Source: Octopus sinensis
Taxonomy: Eukaryota
Direction of reading: 5' to 3'
Length of the DNA: 64,000 nucleotides
Assembly: GCF_006345805.1 (NCBI RefSeq)
Contig: NC_043017.1
Span: 8,618,001 to 8,682,000 of the forward strand
Shown here: positions 1-11,030 of the stretch, piece after piece
Layout of the letters: every line of letters starts with the position of its first letter
How positions within the stretch are numbered: position 1 is the first letter of the stretch
Position numbers and translations under genes: made by a program
The notes under the pieces: model-generated
Told to the model about the DNA's origin: nothing
The model's input: the letters and a program-made list of their open reading frames with translations, nothing else
Database searches by the model: none

Positions 1-169
1 ACTGGCACGGAAGCCAGTTGGCTGCTCTGGCAACGATCACACTCGGATGGTGCTCTTTGCACCATGCTAGCATGGATGCCAGTCATCGATTTTGATTTTT
101 ATTGATTTCATTTGCCTATGGAGAATAAATAATATTAAGAAATTTCCATTTTCCTGTTTTGCTTTAAAA

Positions 170-203
<34 letters not shown>

Positions 204-650
204 TAGGTACAGCTGCATAGTTAAACCTGCTTAGCAAACCATGTGGCCCTGGATTCAATCCCACTGCACAGCAACTTGGTTAAGTGTCTTCTATTAAAGC
301 CCCAGGCTGGCGCACACAATTCTTGTGAGCAGATTTGGAAGACGGAAACTGAAAGAAACCTGTGTGTGTGTGTGTGTGTACAGATGCATATTTGCAAATC
401 CTGATCATCATTTAATGCTCATATTCCATGTTAGCATGGGTTCGACAGCCACTTTACAGAGTGGACTGGGTGCTATTTTTGTGGCACCAGCACTCGTAAG
501 GTCACCAAGTAACTTGCGAGACAAAACACCCCTTGATAGAGTGAGGGTACAGTATTGAGGGATGTGACGTTATGCCAGCTGTTGAGGAGCTAAAGCATGA
601 TAGAGGGACAGGAAAAGTGTCTTGTTGTACAAAATATATGTATATGCGAA

Positions 651-687
<37 letters not shown>

Positions 688-832
688 GGATGAATGAATT
701 ATCTTTTGTTTACTGTTAACATGGAAAATTCAGTAAACAGTTACCAGGGTAGCAAAATTTACGCAAGTAACAAGGATGTAGCAACCTATTCAAAGGTAGA
801 AACTCCGGGTTAATGTGCAGTAATTTGTATAG

Positions 833-1016
833 TATAAGTAAATAAATGGAGTTGAACGCAGATGCTATTCAAATGCTTTTACTTTCTTTCCTGATGAGAA
901 GATTGCATTTACACCATTTATTCCTTTGGAATAAAACCAATGTTGTCTTCGAAACATATGTCAAGAGTAAAAGAATTTGAATAGCATCTGCATTCAACTG
1001 CATTTATTTACTTATA
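833..1016. mobile_element. Small MITE-like element with ~53-bp imperfect terminal inverted repeats
   Basis: tataagtaaataaatggagttgaacgcagatgctattcaaatgcttttact (833-885) is the near reverse complement of 962-1016 (aagagtaaaagaatttgaatagcatctgcattcaactgcatttatttacttata); TA at both ends. Confidence 0.7.
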
Positions 1017-1049
1017 TATATCTGTAATATATGTGACAATTATTTACTT

Positions 1050-1118
1050 GCCATAATAAAACTGAGTTTCGGCTGTCGGGGTGGAAACCTGCACCGGCAT
1101 CACTTCAGTTATCGAGGC
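1050..1118 (-). ncRNA. Degenerate type I hammerhead-ribozyme-like motif
   Basis: Minus strand GCCUCGAUAA-CUGAAGU-(imperfect stem II)-GAAA-C-UCA-G-U-U-UUAUUAUGGC; stem I AUAA/UUAU plus GCC/GGC; core A9 appears replaced by U. Confidence 0.4.
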
Positions 1119-1599
1119 AATCCAAATATGCTATGAAAATGACTATTAAACAAAGGGAAACTACAGTGTAATTGACTGTTATTAAGACAAAAGAGCTATT
1201 AGAATGACCGTTAAATAAGGGGGAAAAAACCAAAGGGGAGGAAGTAAAAAGTAAAGGAGTAAAAATACTCATAGCAATCGCACACCCACGTACATGTGCC
1301 TATATGCATATGCTCATCCACACTCACTTGAAACACACATGCGCACCCACACATACGTCAAAAAAATATACATACCCACACACAAAAAAGTTCCTATACA
1401 CGTCTAAAATATGCACATGCAGGGTGAAAGGTAAAATACAGAAAAAATGTATAAAAATATATAAAGCAATAAAAACATATCTCTATAAATATGTAAAAAA
1501 TATATAAGAAATATATGCAAAATGTATAGAGAGATAAAAAGCTTGTACGTGGACACAATATAAAAAGCAAGTTCTATCTGTGATCTAGGTGGGACCAAA

Positions 1600-1802
1600 A
1601 ACATAATATTTGGCTACGAGTGGACATATCCAAAAAGTTCAGTTCTTGAATTTAGACATGAAGCAGGGTCTAAGCTGCTTTTCCAGGTGAGCCATCTTTC
1701 CATATCACAAAGACCGCACTTTGCACTGCCGCTGGTGTAAGGCTTACACTTGGCTAAGATCTTCCAATGGATGTTGTAACTGACACCTTTATCATTTAAT
1801 GT
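1600..1802 (-). mobile_element. Penelope-like element, GIY-YIG endonuclease C-terminal fragment
   Basis: Translation TLNDKGVSYNIHWKILAKCKPYTSGSAKCGLCDMERWLTWKSSLDPASCLNSRTELFGYVHS resembles the Penelope EN C-terminus (WxLKD...I.WKIL...PY......C.LC..EK..I.......LN.R.EL). Confidence 0.75.
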
Positions 1803-1995
1803 CCGCTTTCCATGGGTTGGACGATTTGACTGAGGACTGGCAAACCAGATGGCTGCACCAGACTCCAATCTAATCTGGCAGAGTTTCTACAGCTGGATGC
1901 CCTTCCTAACGCCAACCACTCCGAGAGTGTAGTGGGTGCTTTTACGTGCCACCGGCACAAGGGCCAGTCAGGTGCTACTGGCAACAGCCACACTC
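1790..1995 (+). mobile_element. Interspersed repeat family D (ctggatgcccttcctaacgccaaccactcc core)
   Basis: Close match to 42420-42640; a tail fragment also occurs at 1-100. Confidence 0.75.
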
Positions 1996-1999
1996 AAAT

Positions 2000-2051
<52 letters not shown>

Positions 2052-2984
2052 TTCAGCAAACAATTTAGATTCAAATGAATATGGTACTTAATTTAGATGC
2101 ACCAGAATTTTTTTATGGTATTACCCATAAAAATATGCGGGGTGATTATAATCAAAAATAAGCAACAAGAATGGATCCGGTAATTTAGTACAATTGTTTC
2201 ATACTACAACATTTTATTAAAAGCTGTAAATATTACAGCAGATTTAATATGTCGAGTAATCTTCAGCTAATTTTATATAGGTTTTCCAATAATATAAAGT
2301 TCTCAGATCAATTAGTAACATCTTAGGGAAGGTAAATATACAGATAAAGATGTAGATATGAATCTCAGGAACATGAGGTAGTGTGTATATATATATCTAT
2401 ATATATATATATATATATATATCTCATGTGATTGACCAAACTATCGGATGTTATACATCACTGGTCACAATGTGTTTTGCTTTGTTTTAGCTTTTGAATG
2501 ATGCCACCCTGCTGGCTATGCAAGCAGGCCAACATTCCCCTTGATTGGAAGACTATGCTGTCACAGGGTGATCTGTTTACAGCTGAGGGGACTGGAGCAA
2601 CATGAAATAAAGAGTTTTGCTCAAGAACATAAGGTGCTGTTCAGTCCAGAAATTGAACCCACGATCTAGAGATCATGAGTGCAACACCCTAACCACTAGG
2701 CCGAATGCTTTCACATGTGTGTATGTGAATATACGTATGGGTGTGTGTATATATGTATACACACACAGATTCATCAAGCTTTCACTTATCCAAGAAAACT
2801 TCACTCACACAGTTCCAATTAACTCATGTTTCTGGTAGAAGACAAGGAGGAACTTGCCCAAGGCAGCAAATCAAAATCAACTTCAAAAGCGTTGGACTGG
2901 GGAATAACATGCTCAATGACACAACCCACAAGCCAGCCCTCACCCCACAAAACCCTTCAGATTTTCTTTATCATTTCTACTTAC

Positions 2985-3215
2985 TCTGGCACCATTTTGC
3001 AGCAACAGTTGCAGACACTCAGCATCACTGACCATGCATGTACAGTGCAATGGAAGCAAAGAGCCATGGGGTTGGTTCACATCGGCACCGTTGTTGATTA
3101 GTTCTTCTATATCATCATCGAAAGGTTGGTCCACCAAGTTCCAGTTGCTGATGGCCCTGATCAGTCTTTCAGACATTTCATACGACCGTTGTACCGTCTC
3201 CATTATATACCACAT
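2985..3215 (-). CDS. ASB8: First coding exon of ankyrin repeat and SOCS box protein 8 homologue (77 codons)
   Basis: MWYIMETVQRSYEMSERLIRAISNWNLVDQPFDDDIEELINNGADVNQPHGSLLPLHCTCMVSDAECLQLLLQNGAR closely matches the vertebrate ASB8 N-terminus as recalled (MWYIMQSIQSKYSLSERLIRTI...DNVEDLIRGGADVNCTHGTLKPLHCACMVSDADCVELLLEKGAE). Ends at a phase-0 donor AGA|GTAAGT (intron starts 2984); possible acceptor tattgcag at 3220. Confidence 0.88.
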
Positions 3216-4308
3216 TGCTCTGCAATACGAGATATATCACCGATGCTATATAACAGCAGTTCAATGTTGGAATAATAAAAAAAAATAATAATAATAATAA
3301 TAAAAAGAAGAAGAGAAATGCATCCATAGAGCCACAAAAATTATTATGGTACCTATTGTGATTGGTGCATTTGGAACCCGTCTCAAAGGAAGCAATATTC
3401 TGGCAACAAAAGTTGCAAATAGCAAACTTCATAGGAAGCACTCAGTTGGCAGCAGTCCTTGGAACAGCTTGTGTGTCGAGAAAAGTGTTGCGTCTCCAAA
3501 GCTGCAGGATGGAACTGAGATATAACATAGACAGAGAAATCAGAAGTGGATAAATAATAATCTTTTGTTTTAGACACAAGGCTTGAAATTTTAGGAGAGC
3601 GGGTGGGGCAAGTCGGTTATATCGACCCAAGGGGTCAACTGGTACTTATTTCATCGACCTCGAAAGGATGAAAGGTAAAGTCGACCATGGCAGAATTTGA
3701 ACACAGAACATAAGAACAGAGAAAATGCCGAAAAGCGTTTCGCGCGGCATGCTAATGATTTTGCCAGCTCGCTGCCAAATAACAATAAATCAAAAACTCT
3801 TTCTGAGAATAGCACAAGGACCCCCCACCACAAGAGTATGAAAGGCTGAGTTGATCGTGGGGATTTGAACTCAGGATATAATGAATTAAAAGAAATGCAG
3901 CTAAGCATTTTGTACAAACCTCTAACAATTCTGCCAACACACCACTCTAATAATAATAATCCTCCTACTATAGGCACAAGGCTTGAAATTTCAGTGGAGA
4001 GGGTAAACCGATTACATCAACCCCCACCAGTGCTCAACTGGTGCTTATTTCATCACCCCTGAAGGATGAACCTCGCTGGGATTTGAACTCGGAATGTAAA
4101 AGGCTAGAAGAAATGCCACTGAGCATTTTGCCCAACATGTTAATCATTCTTCCACCTCACCATGTAGCAGGACCATTAGCTTCCCAACCACATGGTTCTA
4201 GGTTCAGTCCCACTGCATGGCACCTTAAGGAAGTGTCTTCAACTATTGCCTAGGGCCAACCAAAGCCTTGTGAGTGGATTTGGTTGGCAGAAACTGAAAG
4301 AAGCCCAT

Positions 4309-4367
<59 letters not shown>

Positions 4368-4691
4368 TTTAACGGAAGACACTTGTACCCATGATGGCTA
4401 AAACTTAATACCAGTTGACGAGCTGGATCCCATATGATGGAGCTTTAAAATAAATTTTTGCTAAAACTGATTATCGTCATGTCTATTTGTCCGTTTTCTC
4501 AAGGAGTTGCGTAAAATAACTTCCATACAGGAAAGTCTTGCGGTGTTTACGAACAGCGGTCATACTTTGTAGGAAAGGAAATGTGTTGAGAAGCGGGGGG
4601 TGGGGTACAGCACTGAAATTGGCAATTTGGGGGGTGGGGTGGAATTTGTTATCTAGACGTGTAATTTCCGTTGTATGAAACTCAGGAATGA

Positions 4692-5160
4692 TGGAAAGGA
4701 AAAAAAAAAGGGGAGTATGTTTTTTTGTTTCCCAGTGATATGGAACTCCCAAGGACAACTACTCCAAAACTCATGGAAAGAAAAAAAAAGGGAGTATGTT
4801 TTTCGTTTCCCAGTGATATGGAACTCCCAAGGACAACTACTCCAAAACTCATGGAAAGAAAAAAAAGGGAGTATGTTTTTCGTTTCCCAGTGATATGGAA
4901 CTCCCAAGGACAATTACTCAAACTCATGGAAAGAAAAAAAAAGGGAGTATGTTTTTCGTTTCCCAGTGATATGGAACTCCCAAGGACAACTACTCCAAAA
5001 CTCATGGAAAGAAAAAAAAAGAGAGTATGTTTTTCGTTTCCCAGTGATATGGAACTCCCAAGGACAACTACTCCAAAACTCATGGAAAGAAAAAAAAAAG
5101 GGAGTATGTTTTTCGTTTCCCAGTGATATGGAACTCCCAAGGACAACTACTCTAAAACTC
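4692..5160. repeat. Minisatellite, six copies of a ~78-bp unit
   Basis: Unit gggagtatgtttttcgtttcccagtgatatggaactcccaaggacaactactccaaaactcatggaaag(a)n starts at about 4711, 4790, 4867, 4943, 5021 and 5100. Confidence 0.95.
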
Positions 5161-5831
5161 TGTTTCTTTTCCCAAGAGTTATGGCAGTAACGCAGCTTCG
5201 CAGGTGCAAGGGGCTGGTTCACCTCCGACGACACCTTTATGTAGCCGGCACTTATGGGGCTGCTGTATAAGTTTGTATAGGCATGGAGTCCCATAGGGGT
5301 GGCGCGCGGTAAACTTAAGGCCTGCTCCAGGCAACACACACACTCTAGCTACGCCACTGGGTATAGAACTTCAAGGGGACAGGACTTCAAAAACTCCTCT
5401 GTAAATTGAACACCTCGTGTAATAGTTGTTTTTGACTAGGCCCAAGACAGCCCTGTGCTCACAAGATATTCCGAAAAAGGAAAGGAATGTGTTCCTATCA
5501 CATTTTATAAATGACGGTGAAAAACAAAATAATTGATAGGATCCACGTTGCACAATAGAGATGCAGACGTAAATTTAAAGAGGTTTCTAAGAGGCAGAAG
5601 GTTGTAAAAGTAAATTATATGTGGACTGTAATTGTCGGTGTTTAATTTATCATGAAATACTGTCATTTATAGTAAGATTAGAAAATAGACGAAGAAGTTG
5701 GAATAACTTACAAATAATAATAATAATGCCGATAATCTCTTTTATTTGCCCTCGGGGAGAAGGACGTGGTGGAGCAATACAAAGTGCTTGTATGGGGTTA
5801 TTATATATAATTAAATTTTATACATTTATAG

Positions 5832-6190
5832 GCACAGGCGTAGCTGTGTAAACAGAAGCCTGCTTCCCAGCCACATGGTTCTAGGTACAGAACCACTGCG
5901 AGGCACCTTGCGTGTCTTCTACTATAAGCCTTGGGCAGACCAAAACCTTGTGAATGCATTTGGTAGACAGAAACTGGAAGAAGCCCGTCGTGTATATATA
6001 TTTACATATAAATGTATGTATGTTTGTCTGTCCCCTACCATCACTTGACAACCGGTGTTGTGCTTACGGCTCTGTACCTTAGCAGTTCGGTAACAGGCAC
6101 CTATAGAATAAATACCAGGCTTTAAAAAATAAGTCCTGGGGTCGATTTCTTCAACTGAAACGCTTCAAGGCGGTACCCCAGCATGACATA
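5832..6190 (+). mobile_element. tRNA-derived SINE, family A
   Basis: Head ggcgtagctgtgt...ccacatggtt with A/B-box-like motifs, internal (TA/TG)n, tail ...ggggtcgatt...aaggcggtaccccagcatg; shared by about 20 copies in the window. Confidence 0.85.
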
Positions 6191-6406
6191 TATATATATG
6201 GAGAGAGAGATAGTATTAGAGTAAAAAGAAAGAAGGGGAAAAGGGAGATGATAGTGATGTTCTTATGAAGAAAACAGGAGGAAATAATGAGCAGATAAAA
6301 TGTATTTGTATAAAGGGTTTTTTTTACCCAATATTTACACACTATATTTTAAGGTTCGAGTTTAACCGTTCCAACAAAGTATATATATATATATATATAT
6401 ATATAC

Positions 6407-6619
6407 CATAAGGGACGTTAGCCATCCGAATGTGGCTAGGGACAGGGCAGGGCGGTGGGGGTGTTACTGATGCATTTAGCCCCAGGCGATCATCAACGTC
6501 ACCAGAAGGGCAGACGCCATCTGGTGACGTTGATGATCGCCTGGGGCTAAATGCATCAGTAACACCCCCACCGCCCTGCCCTGTCCCTAGCCACATTCGG
6601 ATGGCTAACGTCCCTTATG
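6407..6619. mobile_element. Perfect foldback element (100-bp arms, 13-nt loop), probably a young MITE
   Basis: 6407-6506 is the exact reverse complement of 6520-6619; loop agggcagacgcca; TA at 6409-6410 and 6616-6617 could be a TSD. Confidence 0.85.
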
Positions 6620-6835
6620 TTATGGAGCAGTTACTGTCTATACCTCGTTTAGAGAATTATTATTGCTATATATATATATATACATAGTTTTGGGATTTGG
6701 TTTGCAAGATTCTTTGTGCAAATTTTAGAAAAAATTATGAAATGAGTGGAAATTTTACTGGTGTGTTAATAACCCACAAAAAGATAATGTCTCTCCTCAG
6801 ACACAATAAATATATATATAGAGGTGAATATATAT

Positions 6836-8993
6836 TATATTATATAAAGGCCCCACGGAAAGCAGGTCAAAATGTCCATGGATACCCTGGCATTAAGTTT
6901 CACACTTGCCTTGGGCGAGTATACACAGTGCATCCCACTCAACAAGAGTGCTTCTACCTTCGTCTACTACTGCATGAGGTCAGAGGGCCAACGTCTTTCC
7001 AGGCCCTAAAAACCGTTCATGGACATGTCTGCACAACACACAGAGAAGCCTGCTATCGACAAGGTCTGTTAGAAGATGGTGCACAATGGGATGCAACTTT
7101 AGGAGAGGCTGCTTTATCACAATCACCTAAAAGTCTCAGGGCACTATTACTACAGGCATGCGAACTGTGTGATCCGGCCACTCTATGGCTCAAATATAGA
7201 GACAACCTGGCTGAAGACTTTCAGCGCCAAACTCAACTGCTCTATCCTGACATGGAGGGTATCAGCAATGAAATCTATAAGAAAACACTCATTCACATTG
7301 AAGACAGAATTGCTAAACTGGGTGGAGATGAATTGTCGACGTATGGCCTGCCACAAGCATTCAGATCAGGGTCAAATAGCCTTCCCACTGCTGTCATTCG
7401 TGAAACAACCTACGACACTCAAGCGCTTTCAAAGTACATTGTTGAAAATGAGCCTAAATTACTTCCAGACCAGCTGCAGGCCTACAGAACTATTCTTAAC
7501 AGTGTATGCCAATGCGAGGGACGAATCTTCTTCCTTGATGCTCCTGGAGGGACAGGAAAAACATTTATTACAAAGCTTCTCCTTGCAGAAGTTAGGCAGC
7601 ATCAGGACATTGCAGTAGCTGTAGCCTCCTCTGGTATTGCAGCTTCTTTGTTACCCGGTGGCAGGACAGCACACTCAACTTTTAAACTCCCTCTCAATTT
7701 AGCAGCATCCGAAATGCCTTCATGCAACATCAACAAAAGCTCAGATCAGGGACAAGTACTTAAAATGTGTCATCTAATTGTCTGGGATGAGTGCACTGTG
7801 GCTCACAAGGGAGCTTTGGAAGCATTAGATAGAGCCCTGAAAGACATCCGAGACTGTCAGGCTCCAATGGAAGGTGTAACGCTTCTGTTGTCAGGTGATT
7901 TCAGGCAAACTCTTCCTGTCATTCCAAAAGGCACTAGAGCAGATGAAGTCCAAGCATGCCTAAAGTCCTCTACCCTGTGGCATCATGTTACAATCCTCAG
8001 TCTCACCACTAACATGAGAGCTCAGCTACACGGCGACAAAATGTCCACAAAGTTTGCACAGGACATTTTGACACTTGGTGAAGGCAAGATGCCTCTCGAT
8101 GCTGCAGGACAAATGGAAGTGTGGTCATTTTCCTCTGTTGTTAATTCTGTAGATGACCTCAAAAACAAAGTCTTTCCCAACTTCACACAAAACTACCAAA
8201 ATCACAATTGGCTGTGTGAAAGAACAATATTAGCTCCAAAAACGTCGCTGTTAATAAAATTAATCAACAGTTAATGCATTCTCTTCCCGGCAGTATACAC
8301 ACTTACAAGTCGGTTGATACAATTCCAGATATAAATGAAGTTGTGAACTATCCTCCTGAATTTCTCAATTCACTGGAGCCTCCTGGACTACCTCCACACA
8401 TATTAGCGCTTAAAGTTGGAACTCCGGTAATGCTACTTCGCAATCTGGAACCACAAAGACTTTGCAATGGAACACGACTGGTGATAAAGAAAATGATGTC
8501 ACACGTTATCGAGGCGATCATTCTTTCTGGATGTGGAAAAGGTGATGATGTCTATTCCAAGATTTCCTCTTACTCCATCAGGAGCAGAAATTCCATTTAC
8601 ATTCAGAAGACTGCAATTCCCCCTTCGTGTCAGTTTTGCCATGTCCATTAACAAATCTCAGGGTCAAACCCTCTCTGTAGCTGGTCTTCTCTTGGAAGAG
8701 CCCTGCTTCTCGCATGGGCAACTGTATGTTGGCTACTCAAGAGTAGGAACCAAAAGAAACCTTTTTGTATATGCTCCACAAAGAAAAACAAGGAACATTG
8801 TTTACAACGAGGTGTTATAATCTCAACAGCCAGGAGGTATATAGATAATCCCCTTTTTTTTAACAAACTTCATGTACTTTCATGTATTTATATTAATATA
8901 CATATGTGTGTGCATATCCATATATATATATATAACAGAAAAGTCTAATTCTTCAATTGAATGTAACCGGGCAACGCCCGGTATCTCTGCTAG
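6836..8993 (+). mobile_element. Helitron, 5'-deleted derivative with intact 3' end
   Basis: RepHel helicase coding sequence, then hairpin ccgggc-aac-gcccgg (8967-8981) and CTAG (8990-8993) followed by T, the canonical Helitron 3' terminus. Confidence 0.92.
6850..8820 (+). pseudogene. Helitron RepHel PIF1-like SF1 helicase region with two frameshifts
   Basis: Motifs GRVYTVHP, FYLRLLL, LDAPGGTGKTF, ASSGIAA, IVWDEC, GDFRQTLPV, LRNL..RLCNGTRL, FAMSINKSQGQTL, GQLYVGYSRV spread over ORFs 6697-8274, 8274-8651 and 8533-8820; frameshifts near 8240 (A-run in ILAPKN) and near 8551 (DDVFIPR). Confidence 0.92.
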
Positions 8994-8994
8994 T

Positions 8995-9155
8995 CAGGAA
9001 TAAAAGAAGAGTAACTCGGGAACAAAGTAATAAGGAATACAAGAAGAGTGTAAGTCGTGAGCAAGGTTAGTAGTCAGGAATACAAGAAGAGTGTAAGTCG
9101 TGAACGAGGTTGGTAATAAGGAATACAAGAAGAGTGTAACTCGGGAACAAGACTA
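8995..9155. repeat. Four imperfect ~40-bp direct repeats (aggaatacaagaagagtgtaa core)
   Basis: Core or close variant recurs near 8996, 9032, 9077 and 9119. Confidence 0.8.
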
Positions 9156-9487
9156 GTATGTATATATATAATATGAATTAGAGATAAAACCACTGTTAGG
9201 CAACTCAAACAATTATAGAGATAAACCAATAAATAAATAATATAAACATAATATAATATATATAAAATTTTAATCTTTTTTTCCAAAAGGTATAAAAAGA
9301 ATAAATATAATATAATAAGTAATATAATAATAATAATATACACACACACGTGTGAGTAGACGTACGAATGAATGTGGAACTCATATTTGGTAGGGTTACA
9401 TATATCATTAAATAATAGTTTGACTGAGGCTCTGTACAACCTGAAGTTTCGTGGTCTCGTAGAATGAAGAAGACACACCAGGTATAT

Positions 9488-9960
9488 AATAATAATAATA
9501 ATGAAATTATTGTATACAGTGCTCAGGTGCACCACAACTTGTCGGAACGTGCGTATAAAATATATGCAGTAATGTACAAATGTCTGGAAAGCGAACAGTG
9601 TATGAATCAGATACATGCTTGTGTGTGTGTATGGAGGGAAGGAAATCAGATGTAGTGTTGGCGAATCTCAGAAAGCATGAAAGTTTTGAAGGATGCAGTG
9701 CTCCGACGACTAACAACTGATGCCGGCAGTTTGTTCCATGCTTCAGCAATTCTCAGCGTGAAAAAAATGTTTCCTGAAGTCATGGGAGCTGTGCTGTTTC
9801 CTGACTTTGTAAATATGTCCACGGGTGTTAGACGGGTGGAGTTTGAAAAGGTGCTCAGAGTTATTGTTTGTAAGATGGTTAATAATTTTATGGGTGTCTG
9901 CCGAGTCAGCTGCCAGACCTCGGAGTATCAATGTGTCCATGCCCAGGGAAGAAGTAAGGC
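9488..9960 (-). mobile_element. CR1/L2-type LINE 3' end, 5'-truncated
   Basis: LGMDTL..R.LAAD.ADTHKIINHL....EHLFKL...NTRGH.YKVRKQ.....RKHFF...WNKLP..VV pattern, followed by an (ATT)n tail on the minus strand. Confidence 0.85.
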
Positions 9961-9987
9961 GTTCAGTAATATATATATATATATATA

Positions 9988-10029
<42 letters not shown>

Positions 10030-10370
10030 TAAGATAAATAATTTGGTAATTTAGTTATGACTTACCAAAAGCGAACTATCGATATCCAACTCGTCCAGGT
10101 TGGAGAAAATATCATAATTAAACGGATGCAAATTAATATTTTTTTCTCTTCTTTTTAAACTCCTAAAACTTTCAGCTAAATTCTGTCTCAAGAAATGAAC
10201 AGACACTAGTAGAACACTTCCAGGACTTAAGCAGTGTTTTTCACTGTATCTTCTATGAATAATTGCTGACAGGTAACAGCCGTGGGGGGAGGAAAGTGGG
10301 AAGAAAAAAGAGAGGAACAATATAAGCGAGAGAAAGAAGGAAATAGAGAGGAAGCTGGTTCAAGTCTTAC

Positions 10371-10450
10371 CTTGATCAACAATAATCACGTTCTTCCAGC
10401 ATATTGAGTGTCGGAGCTTATAAGTAAACACCGACGAAAAGTGTAAACTC
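10371..10450 (-). other. Putative non-coding first exon of the ASB8 homologue
   Basis: Strong donor AAG|GTAAGA on the minus strand (intron starts 10370) just downstream of a CCAAT pair, in unique sequence. The link to ASB8 is inferred from strand and position only. Confidence 0.4.
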
Positions 10451-10454
10451 AAAT

Positions 10455-10492
10455 CTGATTGGTTGTTGAGAACTAGATTTCGACCAATCACA
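10455..10492. promoter_or_regulatory. Pair of opposed CCAAT boxes (NF-Y-like)
   Basis: ctgATTGGtt at 10458-10462 and gaCCAATca at 10484-10488, both with NF-Y-like flanks. Confidence 0.45.
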
Positions 10493-10659
10493 GTGTTTTA
10501 AATGATCTCTACCTAAGTTAAACAGCTGTTTGGTGTTAGCGTATTGTCTTTAGCCCTAGGTCAGTAGGAAGCACCTTGACCCGGAAGACAAACTTACGAT
10601 GAAAAGACATTCCAGTTGTGACCTTCGCGTCTTATTTTATTTTATTATTTTTTTGCTCA

Positions 10660-11030
10660 GGTAGGCGCAGGCATGGCTGTGTTGTTGAGGAGCTCGCTCA
10701 GCGGCCCTATGGTTTCAGGTTCAGTCCCACTGCATGGCACCGTGGGTGTCAACCACTCTAGTCCGGGACCGATCAAAGCCTTGTGAATGAATACGTACGT
10801 ATGTATGTATGTATGTACGTGTCTGTGTTGGTCCCTACCACCTTCACTTGGCAACCGGTGTTGGCTTGTTTACGTCCCCATAACTTGGCAGTTCGACATT
10901 GGAGATCGATAGACTAAGTTCCAGAATTAAAGATACGTACTAGGACCGATTTGTTCGACTAAAACCCTTCGAGGCGGTGCTCCAGCATGGCAGTGGTCCA
11001 ATCACTGAAACAAGTAAAAGAAAATATAAG
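10660..11030 (+). mobile_element. tRNA-derived SINE, family A
   Basis: aggcgcaggcatggctgtgt...ggttcagtcccactgcatggcacc head; actgaaacaagtaaaaga tail. Confidence 0.8.

Noticed and set aside
1-2984. Search for the next ASB8 exon (expected VNALDGY.RTALHYAA)
   Set aside because: No matching minus-strand sequence seen; the exon is presumed to lie left of the window.
5247-5258. ggcacttatggg shared with 27453-27464, both just after tandem arrays
   Set aside because: A 64-kb window is expected to contain on the order of a hundred chance 12-mer matches; similarity does not extend.
4682-5339. Repetitive ORFs on both strands and a CRISPR-like appearance
   Set aside because: Units are contiguous with no unique spacers, A-run variation shifts frames, and there are no cas genes; this is a minisatellite.
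6697-6849. N-terminal part of the 525-aa ORF as a real Helitron start
   Set aside because: No RepHel similarity before about 6850; the ATG is fortuitous upstream sequence.
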